A DNA stretch of 64,000 bases from Candidatus Thorarchaeota archaeon (GCA_003345545.1 PRDH01000015.1:11972-75971), one strand, 5' to 3'; positions 49,976 through 60,450 are shown, numbered from the stretch's first letter. Translations and numbers: made by a program. Notes: generated from the sequence alone by a model not told the origin.

Positions 49976-50172
49976 GATATAGAAGCGCAGTTGAAGACAT
50001 GGTATGAATACCGTGGATGGAACAGAAAGACAGCAAGACCACCCAAAAACAAGCTCGAGAATCTTGGTCTTGGCGACCTTACTTGAGTACCAACTTCCTT
50101 GGTTTTGGAAGACTCTCCACGATATCTTTCAGACAATTATGGAGAACCTCAACATCTATGATCTTCAGTTTA
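49976..50172. repeat. Left copy of a ~200-bp diverged direct repeat (aor 3' end on +, pepD 3' end on -)
   Basis: Aligns gap-free with 58543-58739 (offset 8567). + strand reads PDIEAQLKTWYEYRGWNRKTARPPKNKLENLGLGDLT*; - strand reads LKIIDVEVLHNCLKDIVESLPKPRKLVLK*. Confidence 0.85.
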
Positions 50173-50257
50173 TCATTAGTCGAAGGGGTGGAGATGTTGA
50201 GATGCAACGTGCATTTGAGGGAGCAAATAAGTCTGGTATATATTGGAAAACAGTGAG

Positions 50258-50965
50258 CTAGCTCTTTGAGAGAAAACGAGTCCCCAAGAAGAGTTCCTTT
50301 AGGATTACTCTGGTGAATTGTGACCCCATTTTGAGAGTTGGTGATTGCTTTGCGGGGCCCACTCTTTCCAATTCTCTAGTGGGAATCTCAACCACTCTCT
50401 TCTTTAATTTGAGACATCTAATTGTCTGTTGAATTTCGATATTGTAACCCTGCGCATCTTGCTTTAGATGTTTCAAAAGGCTTCGCTTTATCAAACGATA
50501 GCCATTAATTGCATCAGTGACACTGCCACCCCAAAACAGCTTGGTAAGTCTGGAAAAGAACATATTCCCAACTCTTCTGATTCTATAGGGGTCATCAGAA
50601 TCGTCACTAACTGAGCCCTCGGTAAATCTTGAGGCAATTACCAGATCAGCATGATGAGCTATCATTGTGTCAATCAAGTGTGGCAGGTCACTTGGATCTT
50701 CATTTCCATCTGGACTGAAAAAGAGGAGCGCATCAGCGTCTGTTTGTTCGATTGCTTCAATCACTGCTTTCCCTCTACCTATCTCTTTCTGTTGTACTAC
50801 ACGAATACCTAGTGATTCGAGGAACTCGACACTTCCATCTGTTGAATGTCCATCCATACACAGAAGATCATCAAAGATACTGGCATCAATTCTAGGAATA
50901 ACTTCTTTCATAGGCTCCAACTCGTTTTTTACTAGCAAAACCAAAGCTACAGAAAGACGTTTCAT
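50258..50965 (-). CDS. GT2 glycosyltransferase (Dol-P/Und-P-sugar synthase-like)
   Basis: KNE, DGHSTDGS, GRGKA, FFSPDGNEDP.D, ASRF, DAINGYR. Confidence 0.9.
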   Translation of the reverse strand: MKRLSVALVLLVKNELEPMKEVIPRIDASIFDDLLCMDGHSTDGSVEFLESLGIRVVQQKEIGRGKAVIEAIEQTDADALLFFSPDGNEDPSDLPHLIDTMIAHHADLVIASRFTEGSVSDDSDDPYRIRRVGNMFFSRLTKLFWGGSVTDAINGYRLIKRSLLKHLKQDAQGYNIEIQQTIRCLKLKKRVVEIPTRELERVGPAKQSPTLKMGSQFTRVILKELFLGTRFLSKS

Positions 50966-51134
50966 TACTATCGCAGCTCCTTCATTCCTCTATCTACTAC
51001 TTCTAAGTGAGATGAGCTGATGAAAAAAATGTTCCCGTTGAGATTCTCTTTTTTTTTAACTGATGGATTATTATAGTATTCTCTGTTCTTACCAGGATGT
51101 CACCCCAAAAGAACTGTTGTTTGGAGATGCTTCG

Positions 51135-51851
51135 ATGGTGTTCACAAAAAGAGGTCATCCTCCCACAAAAGCGTTAATCATTTTGACTTTCAATGAAATT
51201 CATGGGTCTAGAGCTCTTGCTGACAAGATACCCTATACTTTGTTTGACAATTCTATTGTAATTGATGGAGGAAGTACTGATGGAACACGGGAGTTTTGGG
51301 AAAGCAGAGGAATACGAGTGGCTCAACGTCGCTCTCCCGGGCGTGGGAGTGCTTTCATAATCGCTATTGAAGAGTGTAAGGAAGACATACTCCTCTTTTT
51401 CAGTCCAGATGGAAATGAAGATCCAAACGATATACCACGACTTTTGGATGCGGTCTTGACATCAGATCTTGTCATAGCTACTCGTTTTGGTAAGGGTGGG
51501 ACAAGTGATGATGCAGAAGTTTTGAGAACTTTCGGAAATCTTCTTTTTACAGCTATTTGCAGACTGCTTTTCAGAGCCAAGGTCACCGATGCTGTAAACG
51601 GATTCCGCACCATCTGGAGAAAGAGAATGATGAATCTCAATCTACCCCCTTCGCGATTTGAGATTGAAATGCAAATCACCATACGCGCTTCAAAACTCAA
51701 TATGAGAATAACCGAAATCTCAACTCATGAATTCAAGAGGATTGGAGGAGTATCAAAAGCGAAATCATTTGATGTAGGTTTGTCTTACTTGAAACTCTTC
51801 CTAGATGAACTTCTTCTGGGGAGGAGATTCATTAATAAAGCGCACACATAA
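51135..51851 (+). CDS. GT2 glycosyltransferase (Dol-P/Und-P-sugar synthase-like), paralog
   Basis: FNE, DGGSTDGT, GRGSA, FFSPDGNEDP.D, ATRF, DAVNGFR, FEIEMQ. Confidence 0.9.
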   Translation: MVFTKRGHPPTKALIILTFNEIHGSRALADKIPYTLFDNSIVIDGGSTDGTREFWESRGIRVAQRRSPGRGSAFIIAIEECKEDILLFFSPDGNEDPNDIPRLLDAVLTSDLVIATRFGKGGTSDDAEVLRTFGNLLFTAICRLLFRAKVTDAVNGFRTIWRKRMMNLNLPPSRFEIEMQITIRASKLNMRITEISTHEFKRIGGVSKAKSFDVGLSYLKLFLDELLLGRRFINKAHT

Positions 51852-51884
51852 GCGCTCTGCAATGCTGTACGGTGAGTATCGCTT

Positions 51885-52259
51885 ATGGAGTCTGCGGCTA
51901 TAACTCTCATCTTGATATTAATGGGAATCGCCTTTGTTCACGTCATAGGAGAGATCCTATTCAAGAAGGGAGGGATGACTTCATTTGCGGAATCAGAGAG
52001 AGGTCTTGATACGAAATCCTGGAGACATTTTCTCCTTTCTCCGATTGTGATTCTATCATTATTCATCACGCTGGCCGTAAAGGGACTCTATGGAATTGTA
52101 TTGGCATCAAACCCGCTCTATTTGGCAGGGGGTACCTACTTGGCTTCAGTCGCGGTAATCTCAGTACTTGCTGGTCGTATCATTTTCAATGAGGACCTGA
52201 AAAAAACCCAGCTTGTTGGATTTGCGCTAGTTGCGATTGGAATAATCCTTTTGGTGTGA
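51885..52259 (+). CDS. SMR/EamA-like 4-TM protein (ArnE/F-type flippase candidate)
   Basis: 124 aa, 4 TM, GEILFKKG and IFNE....QLVG.ALV.IGI. Confidence 0.7.
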   Translation: MESAAITLILILMGIAFVHVIGEILFKKGGMTSFAESERGLDTKSWRHFLLSPIVILSLFITLAVKGLYGIVLASNPLYLAGGTYLASVAVISVLAGRIIFNEDLKKTQLVGFALVAIGIILLV

Positions 52260-52705
52260 AAGAGATGGACAGAATGAAACCTAATGCACGAGCAACCTTC
52301 TGGTTTCCTCTTCTTATCGCTACTGCAATCTATGGCGTTGGTGATGTCCTCTTAAAGATGGGAAACATGGATATTGGTAGCACTTTTGAACGGCTCCTGG
52401 AGGGTGAGTTTTGGCTGGCCTTCATTCTTAGTGCTCCGATTATTGCTGCCTTTGGTCTATCCTTGGTAGCCAAGTTGATTATGGGAGTGGTTCTGTCAAA
52501 GAATCCACTCGGAATATCTGAAGGATTCTTCTTGGCCTTCTCAGTGATGGCAGTCTTCGTTTTGGGCATATTCTTATTTGCAGAGTCAGTTGATTACTTG
52601 AATATTGCTGGACTAATCGCAATTGTGGTGGGTATAATTCTGGTCTACTCCCCCGTGTCAGTGAAAGATGAAGACTCAGTTCTAGAGGATAAAAAAAATG
52701 AGTAA
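52256..52705 (+). CDS. SMR/EamA-like 4-TM protein (partner subunit)
   Basis: 4 [10 protein letters not shown] and LFAESV...NIAG..AIVVGI; overlaps both neighbours. Confidence 0.7.
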   Translation: MKEMDRMKPNARATFWFPLLIATAIYGVGDVLLKMGNMDIGSTFERLLEGEFWLAFILSAPIIAAFGLSLVAKLIMGVVLSKNPLGISEGFFLAFSVMAVFVLGIFLFAESVDYLNIAGLIAIVVGIILVYSPVSVKDEDSVLEDKKNE

Positions 52706-53753
52706 GACTGCCTTTATCACAGGAATCACTGGACAAGATGGATCATATCTTGCTGAGTTTCTCTTGTCACGTGGATATGAAGTCCATGGAGTCATCCGTC
52801 GTACAAGCACTTTCAATACACAGAGGATAACTCACATCTTTCAGGACCCTCATGAAGCGGACGTACATTTGAAGTTACACTATGGTGATGTGACCGATGC
52901 CTCCTCATTGAGCCTCTTGATTCGGGAGACTGAACCTGATGAGGTCTACAATCTGGCAGCACAGAGTCATGTTCGTGTATCATTTGATCTTCCTCAATAC
53001 ACTGCAATGGTGAATGGTGTTGGGACGATTTCTCTGTTAGAAGCAATCAGACAAAGCAAACAGGATGTTCGCTATTATCAAGCATCATCATCTGAGATGT
53101 TCGGGGCAAGTCCACCTCCCCAGAATGAGCAGACTATCTTCCATCCGTTGAGTCCGTATGCTGCTGCAAAAGTCTACGCACACTGGGTCACAGTGAATTA
53201 TAGAGAAGCCTATGGAATGTTCAATTGCTCTGGAATTCTCTTCAATCACGAATCTCCCCGCCGTGGAAGGACATTCGTCACGAGAAAAGTGACTCATGGG
53301 ATTGCAGAAATCTTAGCTAAGAAGATCGATGTCCTATACTTTGGAAATCTGGATGCAAAACGCGATTGGGGCTATGCTCCGGAGTATACTGAGCTCATGT
53401 GGAAAATGCTACAAGCTGACAAGCCAGATGATTATGTAATCGGAACTGGTGAATCTCACAGCGTCAGAGACCTAATCATCGAAGCGTTCTCCTATGCCGG
53501 TCTTGAATGGGAGAAATACATCAAACACGATGAACGCTACATGCGACCCTCGGATGTCAACTATCTTCTATCTGATCCCTCAAAGGCACGGAAAAAGCTA
53601 GGCTGGAATCCAAAGGTTAGATTCAAGGAACTGGTGAGGATAATGGTTGACTATGACATGTTGAGTGTCGGACTTGAGCCACCAGGTGAAGGCATCGAGT
53701 TCCTCAAGAAGAACGGTCTTCTGTGGAGTAATAGTGAAGAAACACCAGGGTAG
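52698..53753 (+). CDS. gmd: GDP-mannose 4,6-dehydratase
   Basis: [60 protein letters not shown]. Confidence 0.96.
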   Translation: MSKTAFITGITGQDGSYLAEFLLSRGYEVHGVIRRTSTFNTQRITHIFQDPHEADVHLKLHYGDVTDASSLSLLIRETEPDEVYNLAAQSHVRVSFDLPQYTAMVNGVGTISLLEAIRQSKQDVRYYQASSSEMFGASPPPQNEQTIFHPLSPYAAAKVYAHWVTVNYREAYGMFNCSGILFNHESPRRGRTFVTRKVTHGIAEILAKKIDVLYFGNLDAKRDWGYAPEYTELMWKMLQADKPDDYVIGTGESHSVRDLIIEAFSYAGLEWEKYIKHDERYMRPSDVNYLLSDPSKARKKLGWNPKVRFKELVRIMVDYDMLSVGLEPPGEGIEFLKKNGLLWSNSEETPG

Positions 53754-53755
53754 AG

Positions 53756-54694
53756 CTATGGCATGACCTCTGGATTTGCAAGCAACCATTCGTAAGTCAG
53801 TCTTAGGCCTGTCCGGATGTCCGTTATCCTATTCCAGGTCAAGCGACCGAACCTAGAACTGTCCATCAGTTTTCTTGGCATACCATCAGGTTTTGATTTG
53901 TCAAGTTTGATTGAGCCCTTAAAACCAACAGTTTCTTTCACCAATTCCGCAAGATCAAGGATTGACATATCACTACTTGTCCCCACGTTGATGAACTGGT
54001 CGTCATCATACTCGTTCATCAGATAGACTGCTGCATCTGCTAGGTCCTCAACGTACATGAACTCCCTTCGAGCGCTTCCTGTTCCCCAGAGGGTGACGCT
54101 CTTCTTCCCCTGAACCTTCGCTTCATGGAACCTCCTTATGAGGGCCGCAATTACATGAGACTTCTCAATGGAGAAGTCATCTCCAGGGCCGTAGAGGTTT
54201 GGCGGAACGATTGTGATTGCATTGAATCCGTACTGTCTTCTGTAGAATTCGCACATCTTCAACCCTGCAATCTTGGCGACTGCATACGCCTCATTGGTCG
54301 GTTCCATTGGACCAGTCAGTATGTACTCTTCTTTCATCGGTTGTTTTGACTCTCTGGGATAGATACATGAACTTCCAAGGAACTCGAGCTTCTTCACACT
54401 AGATAGATATGCGCTATGAATGACGTTTGTCTGAATCATCAGATTGTCATAGATGAAGGTCGCAGGTGAAGAAATGTTAGCTTGGATTCCTCCGACTTTT
54501 GCTGCAGCAAGGAATACATAATCTGGCCTGATCTCTTCAAACCACGCTCTTACAGCATGTTGATCCGTCAGGTCTAATTGCTCCCTTGTAGCAGTCAGGA
54601 CATCTACGTAGCCAGAGGCTTCCAAGTTGCGGAGAATTGCTCCTCCAACCATGCCTCTATGTCCCGCGACATATATCCTGTCTGTCTTTTCCAT
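53756..54694 (-). CDS. fcl: GDP-L-fucose synthase family epimerase/reductase (Fcl/WcaG; probably ColC in this context)
   Basis: AGHRGMVGGA, AAAKVGGI.AN, GSSCIYP, EPTNEAYAVAK, PNLYGP.D, SHVI.ALI, KPDGMPRK. Confidence 0.92.
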   Translation of the reverse strand: MEKTDRIYVAGHRGMVGGAILRNLEASGYVDVLTATREQLDLTDQHAVRAWFEEIRPDYVFLAAAKVGGIQANISSPATFIYDNLMIQTNVIHSAYLSSVKKLEFLGSSCIYPRESKQPMKEEYILTGPMEPTNEAYAVAKIAGLKMCEFYRRQYGFNAITIVPPNLYGPGDDFSIEKSHVIAALIRRFHEAKVQGKKSVTLWGTGSARREFMYVEDLADAAVYLMNEYDDDQFINVGTSSDMSILDLAELVKETVGFKGSIKLDKSKPDGMPRKLMDSSRFGRLTWNRITDIRTGLRLTYEWLLANPEVMP

Positions 54695-54714
54695 ATCACT
54701 TCCCTCAAATCGGT

Positions 54715-55992
54715 CTATTTCTCTCCCAGTGCAGAGATGATTCTCTCTGAGAGGTCCTTACATTCCTCATCGGTCATCTCTGCGTGCACTCCAATGAGCA
54801 TGCCAAGACGATCCACATGATTAGCTACATTCAACGGCACGGGAGCCATTGCGGGATAAGTCTGCCTTGCAGGTTGGACTTCCATATTTCCTCCCATCAC
54901 TACCCTCGTTTCAACTCCCCGCTTTTCCATTCCTGCAATGACCTTACTTCTGCTGTCCCAATCCCCTTCTTTGAGGACCATTGGAAAGCCAAACCAGCTG
55001 TGCTTTCCGCCCTCCTGCTCATGTTGTACATAGATATCGGTCTTTGCATCTGCAAGAGCATCAAGCAAGATAGATGCATGTCTTCTCCGTAGCCTTACGA
55101 AGTCGTCCAGTTTCTTGATCTGGTGAATTCCAAATGCCCCTTGTATCTCAGTTGGACGCAGATTGTACCCCCGATTGATGAAAAGGAACCGAGGGTCTCG
55201 ATTCGCATATTTGCTTTCGACCTTCTTTCTGTTCACTAGATCCCGGGTCCAACCATGGGCTCGAAGAGCTCTAGCAAGTTCTGCATACTCATCATTATCC
55301 GTAACAACCATTCCACCTTCGATGGTAGAGATATGGTGGGAGAAGAAGAAGCTATATGTCCCTAGGTCTCTAAATGACCCTACTTTCTTGCCATTGAATT
55401 CTGCCCCATGAGCTTCACAGCAGTCTTCAATAAGATATAGTCCATGCTCATCACAAATCTCATTCAGCTCATTCATATCACATGGATTTCCGATTAGGTG
55501 GACTGCCATGATTGCCCTAACATCAGGGGTTATGGCTGCTCTAACCGAATCAGGGTCCAAGTTCAGGGTGGCAAGCTTCGAATCTGCAAATACAGGCAAT
55601 GCACCCACATCAGCAATTGGATACACACTCGTTGACCACGTCAACGCGGGAACTATCACCTTGTCATTTGGCATTAGTGGATTCTCAATACTTGAATTAG
55701 ATAGAATTGCCATAGCAAGAAGATTCGCTGAAGAACCTGAGTTGACCATAATCGCATTACGAACACCTATGTATTCTGCAAAAGATGCTTCAAAATTACG
55801 TACCTTTTCTCCCATTGTCACTTTAGTCGAAAGAAGCGATTCGAGTGCTTCCTTGATTTCCTCAAAATCAAATGTTGGTTTGACAAGTGGAAACTCATAT
55901 GATGATGCATTTTTCCTCTTTTGTTCCTCGAATATCCTTTCTAGTTGATCAAGAATTTCTTTCGGAATCATCAATTCTTCATTCACGGGCAA
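54715..55992 (-). CDS. colD: DegT/DnrJ family PLP enzyme, GDP-4-keto-6-deoxymannose 3-dehydratase type
   Basis: MVNSGSSANLLA, EDCCE, SFFFSHHISTIEGG (His in place of the Schiff-base Lys), LRAHGWTR, GYNLRP.E. Confidence 0.8.
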   Translation of the reverse strand: MPVNEELMIPKEILDQLERIFEEQKRKNASSYEFPLVKPTFDFEEIKEALESLLSTKVTMGEKVRNFEASFAEYIGVRNAIMVNSGSSANLLAMAILSNSSIENPLMPNDKVIVPALTWSTSVYPIADVGALPVFADSKLATLNLDPDSVRAAITPDVRAIMAVHLIGNPCDMNELNEICDEHGLYLIEDCCEAHGAEFNGKKVGSFRDLGTYSFFFSHHISTIEGGMVVTDNDEYAELARALRAHGWTRDLVNRKKVESKYANRDPRFLFINRGYNLRPTEIQGAFGIHQIKKLDDFVRLRRRHASILLDALADAKTDIYVQHEQEGGKHSWFGFPMVLKEGDWDSRSKVIAGMEKRGVETRVVMGGNMEVQPARQTYPAMAPVPLNVANHVDRLGMLIGVHAEMTDEECKDLSERIISALGEK

Positions 55993-56392
55993 TCACTACT
56001 CGGTTGTTTTCAAGAACTGAAACCAACATGACAAGCATACATTTGGTTGGAGACAATCTATCTTAAGAATAGTGCTTTTAATCTGATTCAAGCTGAGATA
56101 GACACAGCCCTAGCGCCGGCTTAGAAGCTTCGTATCTGCTGCCGACCCGTCAGTTGAACTAATTTCGTATCTGCCTTTCAAATTCATCTCTTTTCATACG
56201 GACTTGAGAATACTGACTGCTTCGTCATAGCGTTTTGATGCCTTACAATCAGTTGCCCGTTTGATGGCATTACTTAGTGCGTCCACTCACAGTACACCAT
56301 GACTTATCTGATGAAGTAAGCTAATCGAGTATTGGTTCGGGTCAGCTGCAACCTTTTTATACCGCTAATTTTGTCGAGTTTGAGAACGGTCT

Positions 56393-58465
56393 ATGGATGC
56401 ATCATTCTTGGAAATCGGTCACATATCGTACCAAACCTTACTGAGAGCCTCTACATACGTACTTCTCATTGCATGTTATCTCCTGTTCCCGATTTGGATG
56501 CTAATAGATGGAATAATACTGCAGATCGCATTTGTTTTTACAATCGCATTCATCATACCTGAGATTCTGGGATACCTCTTAACTGACATTCTAGGCGAAC
56601 CAAGCAAGAAGATCGACATTGTGTCTCTGTTGAAGAGAAATGGAATCACAGTAGGGTACTTTGCAGGCACATCATTCGTATATGCCTTGCTGCTACTTCC
56701 TCTTTTGCTCGCCCCGATAAAACCAATTGATGATGAACCAGTCCATCTTGGAAGAATTGCATTTCTCGAGAGGATACTCACACTTGGTTCTCGCTTGGAC
56801 TCGACATTAGTCGGGATTGCCATTTCCCTCGCTGTTATTGTTCTGTCAATAGTAATTCTGATCGCAGCTGGCATAATAGGAGAGAATCGGATTCAGTCGT
56901 TCTTCCGCTCCTTGTTTGAGAAGACTATGCTGTCGCGCATTGCCCACATAATAATCGGAGGCGCATTCTGCGCACTAGTTGTTCTATCATCATCCTTTGT
57001 AGTACATGAGTGGGATATTGCAAGATTCGGTCCGCTACAGCCAGTATCCTATGTGGCGCCACTCCTTCTCTTTGGTTACACAGATGTCACTCTATTGATT
57101 CTAAGGTTGTTTGATGTGTTGCTTATGGTACTGTCCGCAGTGTTCATCATGAAAATCACATCAGACCTACTGGAAGCCTTTTCCGGCCAGAGGGGGCAGA
57201 CAAACAGAATTCACAAGATACTGGGGATGGTAGCAGGGTGGGTTTTCCTCCTCTACACGCCAACGATAGTATTCTCTGCTCAAATCATGCTGACCGCGGG
57301 AGTGGCGATGTTCTTCACATTGAATTGCTTCTTATTCATCCGATTCTTCAAATCTTCAGGAAACAGAATCGGCAACATCTATCTTCTATCCCTGTTTGTA
57401 TCACTCGCAATTGGAAGCTTATGGAAGAACGTGCTTCTTGTTCAAGCAGCCACTTTTGTAGTCATTCTCTTGCTATGGGCGATATCGAGACCCAATCGGG
57501 CAGAGAGTCTGATACTCTGGTTCAAATCCTGTCTAATATACTTGGCAATATTCGGCCCATGGTTTATGATCATACAATTGGGAGGAATGATGAGCCGGGA
57601 GTACATCCCAAATCCAACATATCTTCTGCCACCCAGTCTATTTGACTATCTGTTTAGACTTGATCTTCAAATGGGAGTCTTTTGGGGATTGCTCGGATAT
57701 GCAAGTATCTGTTCGGTCTTTCTTCTTGCTATTTGGAAACGCTCATGGATTCTGTTTACTATTACTCTGACATACGCTTCTTGGTATGTCTTCTTCACAC
57801 TTGATTCAGGTTGGCCTCATATAGTCGATCGCTTCTTTGTACCAGCTTTGTCTTTACTTGCAATCTCATCGGCTTTCCTTATCGGAGCATTTCTGCAGGA
57901 AACGTTGAATATTATCAGGGATTCAAGAGCGGCTGGAAAGACAGGAATATCAACACCGTCAATTCAGAGTGTCAAGAAGATTGCAGTGCTGAGCGTGACT
58001 ATTATTCTGCTTACTTCACTCGCTGCGGGAGTAGGAGAACGGGCGATTTCTATTCCGCAGCAAATTCACTATTCTGTAAATAACGAGTATTTAGCATATG
58101 ATAAGGCCGCAGAATATGTTCACAGTATCATCAATGGGAACTCTAGTCTTCTCTACTCAAGATTCGGGCAAAGTGGATTCAACTACTACATGAGGAATTA
58201 TGGGGACTATTACTATACCATGAGTGGCTTCGGAAATCCTTGGGTGCCCGAAGAGGGTAATGAATCTGCAGGCTATTTCATTGAGTATCTGAGAAACAAC
58301 AGTTATTCCGTCCTCGCAATGCCGGATGCAGAGTTCTGTCAGCTTGATTTGGCAAATGCAACAGCTGTCATTGACGAACTGATAGAAAGATATTCGTTCT
58401 TTGGGATAACCGAATATCGGGCTTTCCAATATGGAGAGACCTCATTCCATGTATGGAGTTTCTAG
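56393..58465 (+). CDS. Polytopic membrane protein, GT-C/ArnT-like glycosyltransferase candidate
   Basis: More than 12 TM, an early loop PIDDEPVH (DE motif), late DRFFVP motif, C-terminal soluble domain. Confidence 0.6.
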   Translation: MDASFLEIGHISYQTLLRASTYVLLIACYLLFPIWMLIDGIILQIAFVFTIAFIIPEILGYLLTDILGEPSKKIDIVSLLKRNGITVGYFAGTSFVYALLLLPLLLAPIKPIDDEPVHLGRIAFLERILTLGSRLDSTLVGIAISLAVIVLSIVILIAAGIIGENRIQSFFRSLFEKTMLSRIAHIIIGGAFCALVVLSSSFVVHEWDIARFGPLQPVSYVAPLLLFGYTDVTLLILRLFDVLLMVLSAVFIMKITSDLLEAFSGQRGQTNRIHKILGMVAGWVFLLYTPTIVFSAQIMLTAGVAMFFTLNCFLFIRFFKSSGNRIGNIYLLSLFVSLAIGSLWKNVLLVQAATFVVILLLWAISRPNRAESLILWFKSCLIYLAIFGPWFMIIQLGGMMSREYIPNPTYLLPPSLFDYLFRLDLQMGVFWGLLGYASICSVFLLAIWKRSWILFTITLTYASWYVFFTLDSGWPHIVDRFFVPALSLLAISSAFLIGAFLQETLNIIRDSRAAGKTGISTPSIQSVKKIAVLSVTIILLTSLAAGVGERAISIPQQIHYSVNNEYLAYDKAAEYVHSIINGNSSLLYSRFGQSGFNYYMRNYGDYYYTMSGFGNPWVPEEGNESAGYFIEYLRNNSYSVLAMPDAEFCQLDLANATAVIDELIERYSFFGITEYRAFQYGETSFHVWSF

Positions 58466-58542
58466 TACATATAATAAAGAGAGGTCTTTGAACCGAAATG
58501 AAACCTATACATCTATCGTGATGGCTCGTCCTCCATTTCTCG

Positions 58543-58739
58543 GATAAAGAGGAGTAGTTGAAGACATGGTATGAATACCGAGGATAGGACAGAAAGACAG
58601 GAAGACCACCCATAAACAAGCTCGAGAAGCTTGGTCTTGGTAACCTTACCTGAGTATTAACTTCTTCATATTTGGTAGGTCCTCAATAATATCTCTCAGA
58701 ATATTATAGAGAATCTCAACATCGATTATCTTGAGCCTT
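58543..58739. repeat. Right copy of the diverged direct repeat (decayed aor 3' end / pepD 3' end)
   Basis: + strand reads DKEE*LKTWYEYRG*DRKTGRPPINKLEKLGLGNLT* (two stops). Matches 49976-50172. Confidence 0.85.
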
Positions 58740-58990
58740 TCATCAGGCATGTGAGGATTCTCCAGGCTTGGTCCAATTCATACCATTTGCATTCCAGGTA
58801 TCTATGATCCAATAATACCGCACTCGAAACCTGCATGAATGGCCTTGATTTTGACCTCTCTTCCAGTTATCTCCTCGAAATGTTCACGAAAGAAAGAAAC
58901 GGACTTTTCGGTTCAGGGTCCAACCGGGGTATGCAGGTTTCTTAGTGGCTTGCCGTCCACTCGATTCGGCAAGATTAGAAATGCCGACCG
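58646..58990 (-). pseudogene. pepD: PepD (aminoacyl-histidine dipeptidase, M20C) C-terminal pseudogene fragment
   Basis: Manual translation: ISNLAESSGRQATKKPAYPGW (frameshift) FFREHFEEITGREVKIKAIHAGFECGIIGS*IPGMQMV*IGPSLENPHMPDERLKI. YPGW, IHAGxECG and GP....HxPDE are PepD motifs. Confidence 0.8.
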
Positions 58991-59422
58991 TGAGGGTTTT
59001 GATCTGGCTATATTGACTGCAGCCTATCTTGAATATACTGTGAAGAACGGTCGTTCAGGCGAGATCGAGATTGAGATTCAGAGTGGACCTAGGAATGACC
59101 CAAGTCCTGTGAAAATTGAAACGCCAATGATTGGGCTATACTTTGACTGTGATATCTTGGTACAACCAGCAAAGATAATCGGTGACTTGGAGCTGTAGTT
59201 TATCACAGATAATCTGATGCTTCCTTCTGGGCTAATCTAATCCCTGCACTCATTGCATAGTGTCTAGAGATGCTAAGACAAATGAACCCAAATGGTAGAG
59301 CTATGATAGTCATCTGGCATAGTATTATCCGAATGGTTCGTTCCAAAGGAAATCTCTCGTATCGGCAGTGGATTAAAGATACTACAGTGGTGAAACACAC
59401 AGTATAAGAAACGCCTAGAATT

Positions 59423-60385
59423 TCATCTAATGGGGAGGAACCACTCTTCTAACGAAATGTAAGACTCAGTATCCAGGACATCCTGACTCTCATACAATCG
59501 TCTGAGAAACTGGTTGAAGGTCATGACGCTACTTGTTCTGACCATGGCAAGAAGACTATAATCTTCGCTTGTACGATAGAGGTCCCATACCTCGCGCATA
59601 CCAGTGATCTTCTGCGCGATATCACTTGCAGTTCCAGGACTCACTTTTATTCTGACAAAGAACTTCACAGGCAGGTCAACTAGGGAAAAATCCGTGTTGA
59701 TAGAGTAGCCAATTATTGCGCGTTTTATCAAGAGCTTCTCAATACATTTCGAAACTGCAGGTTGACTAAGGGGGGGATTCATCCGAGCACCAATCTCTTC
59801 CTGAGTCAGCGGTAAAGGGCTTTCATGAGTTGGTTCATGACAGTACATTATCCTAAGGAGTGCGAGCTCTTTCTGAGAGAGGTAAGACTCTGAAGACTCA
59901 TTGGGGAGAATTCTAAACCGGTTCTTCATGTATGTAGTGAGTACTTGGACAAGATTGTATTTCCCAGCCCCCGAAGTAGCCACCACGGTGTCGACTCGGT
60001 CCAGTAAGTCCTCAAATGCACCTTGACTGTCAAATCGGAAGAATCCGAGAAGTGAGAAGTCACCGGCAATCCCATCGAGTGACTCAAGTTCTTCCATCTC
60101 CATGAGCTTCTCGCTCACATCCTGTTCCCGAGGGTTGCTCTTCATGAATAGGATTGTGACCCTTGCACCCTGAACTTGAGCAGGATCAATAATCGTCGTG
60201 TAGCGCCGTATGACACCGCCTCTCACAAGCCCTCTGATAGTGCGCGATACCCAATTCCGGCTCTTGTCAACTAACTGACCCAGAACTGCTGGAGTGTCCC
60301 GTGAATTCCGCGCGAGAGCCTCGAGGAGTCGGCGTTCTGCATCCGATAGCATGATTTGCATGGTAGATGCGCTCTTCCTGTGCAT
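59423..60385 (-). CDS. Tandem Lrp/AsnC-family transcriptional regulator
   Basis: Two HTH plus RAM units (GVIRRYTTIID...GDFSLL; AIIGYSIN...EDYSLL). Confidence 0.85.
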   Translation of the reverse strand: MHRKSASTMQIMLSDAERRLLEALARNSRDTPAVLGQLVDKSRNWVSRTIRGLVRGGVIRRYTTIIDPAQVQGARVTILFMKSNPREQDVSEKLMEMEELESLDGIAGDFSLLGFFRFDSQGAFEDLLDRVDTVVATSGAGKYNLVQVLTTYMKNRFRILPNESSESYLSQKELALLRIMYCHEPTHESPLPLTQEEIGARMNPPLSQPAVSKCIEKLLIKRAIIGYSINTDFSLVDLPVKFFVRIKVSPGTASDIAQKITGMREVWDLYRTSEDYSLLAMVRTSSVMTFNQFLRRLYESQDVLDTESYISLEEWFLPIR

Positions 60386-60450
60386 TCTATTCCAATTCGC
60401 TATGAAGGATTCATATACTTGCTGGTTTTCCGCTAGGCTCGTGATTTAGG

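Noticed and set aside
54715-55992. Perosamine synthase or CDP-sugar E1 dehydrase (RfbH)
   Set aside because: The Schiff-base Lys is replaced by His, no E1-type Cys cluster follows the HG motif, and the context is GDP-sugar genes.
58839-59400. ORFs 58839-59198 (+) and 59203-59400 (-) as intact genes
   Set aside because: The first is partly antisense to the pepD remnant and neither has recognisable motifs; at most they are further gene debris.
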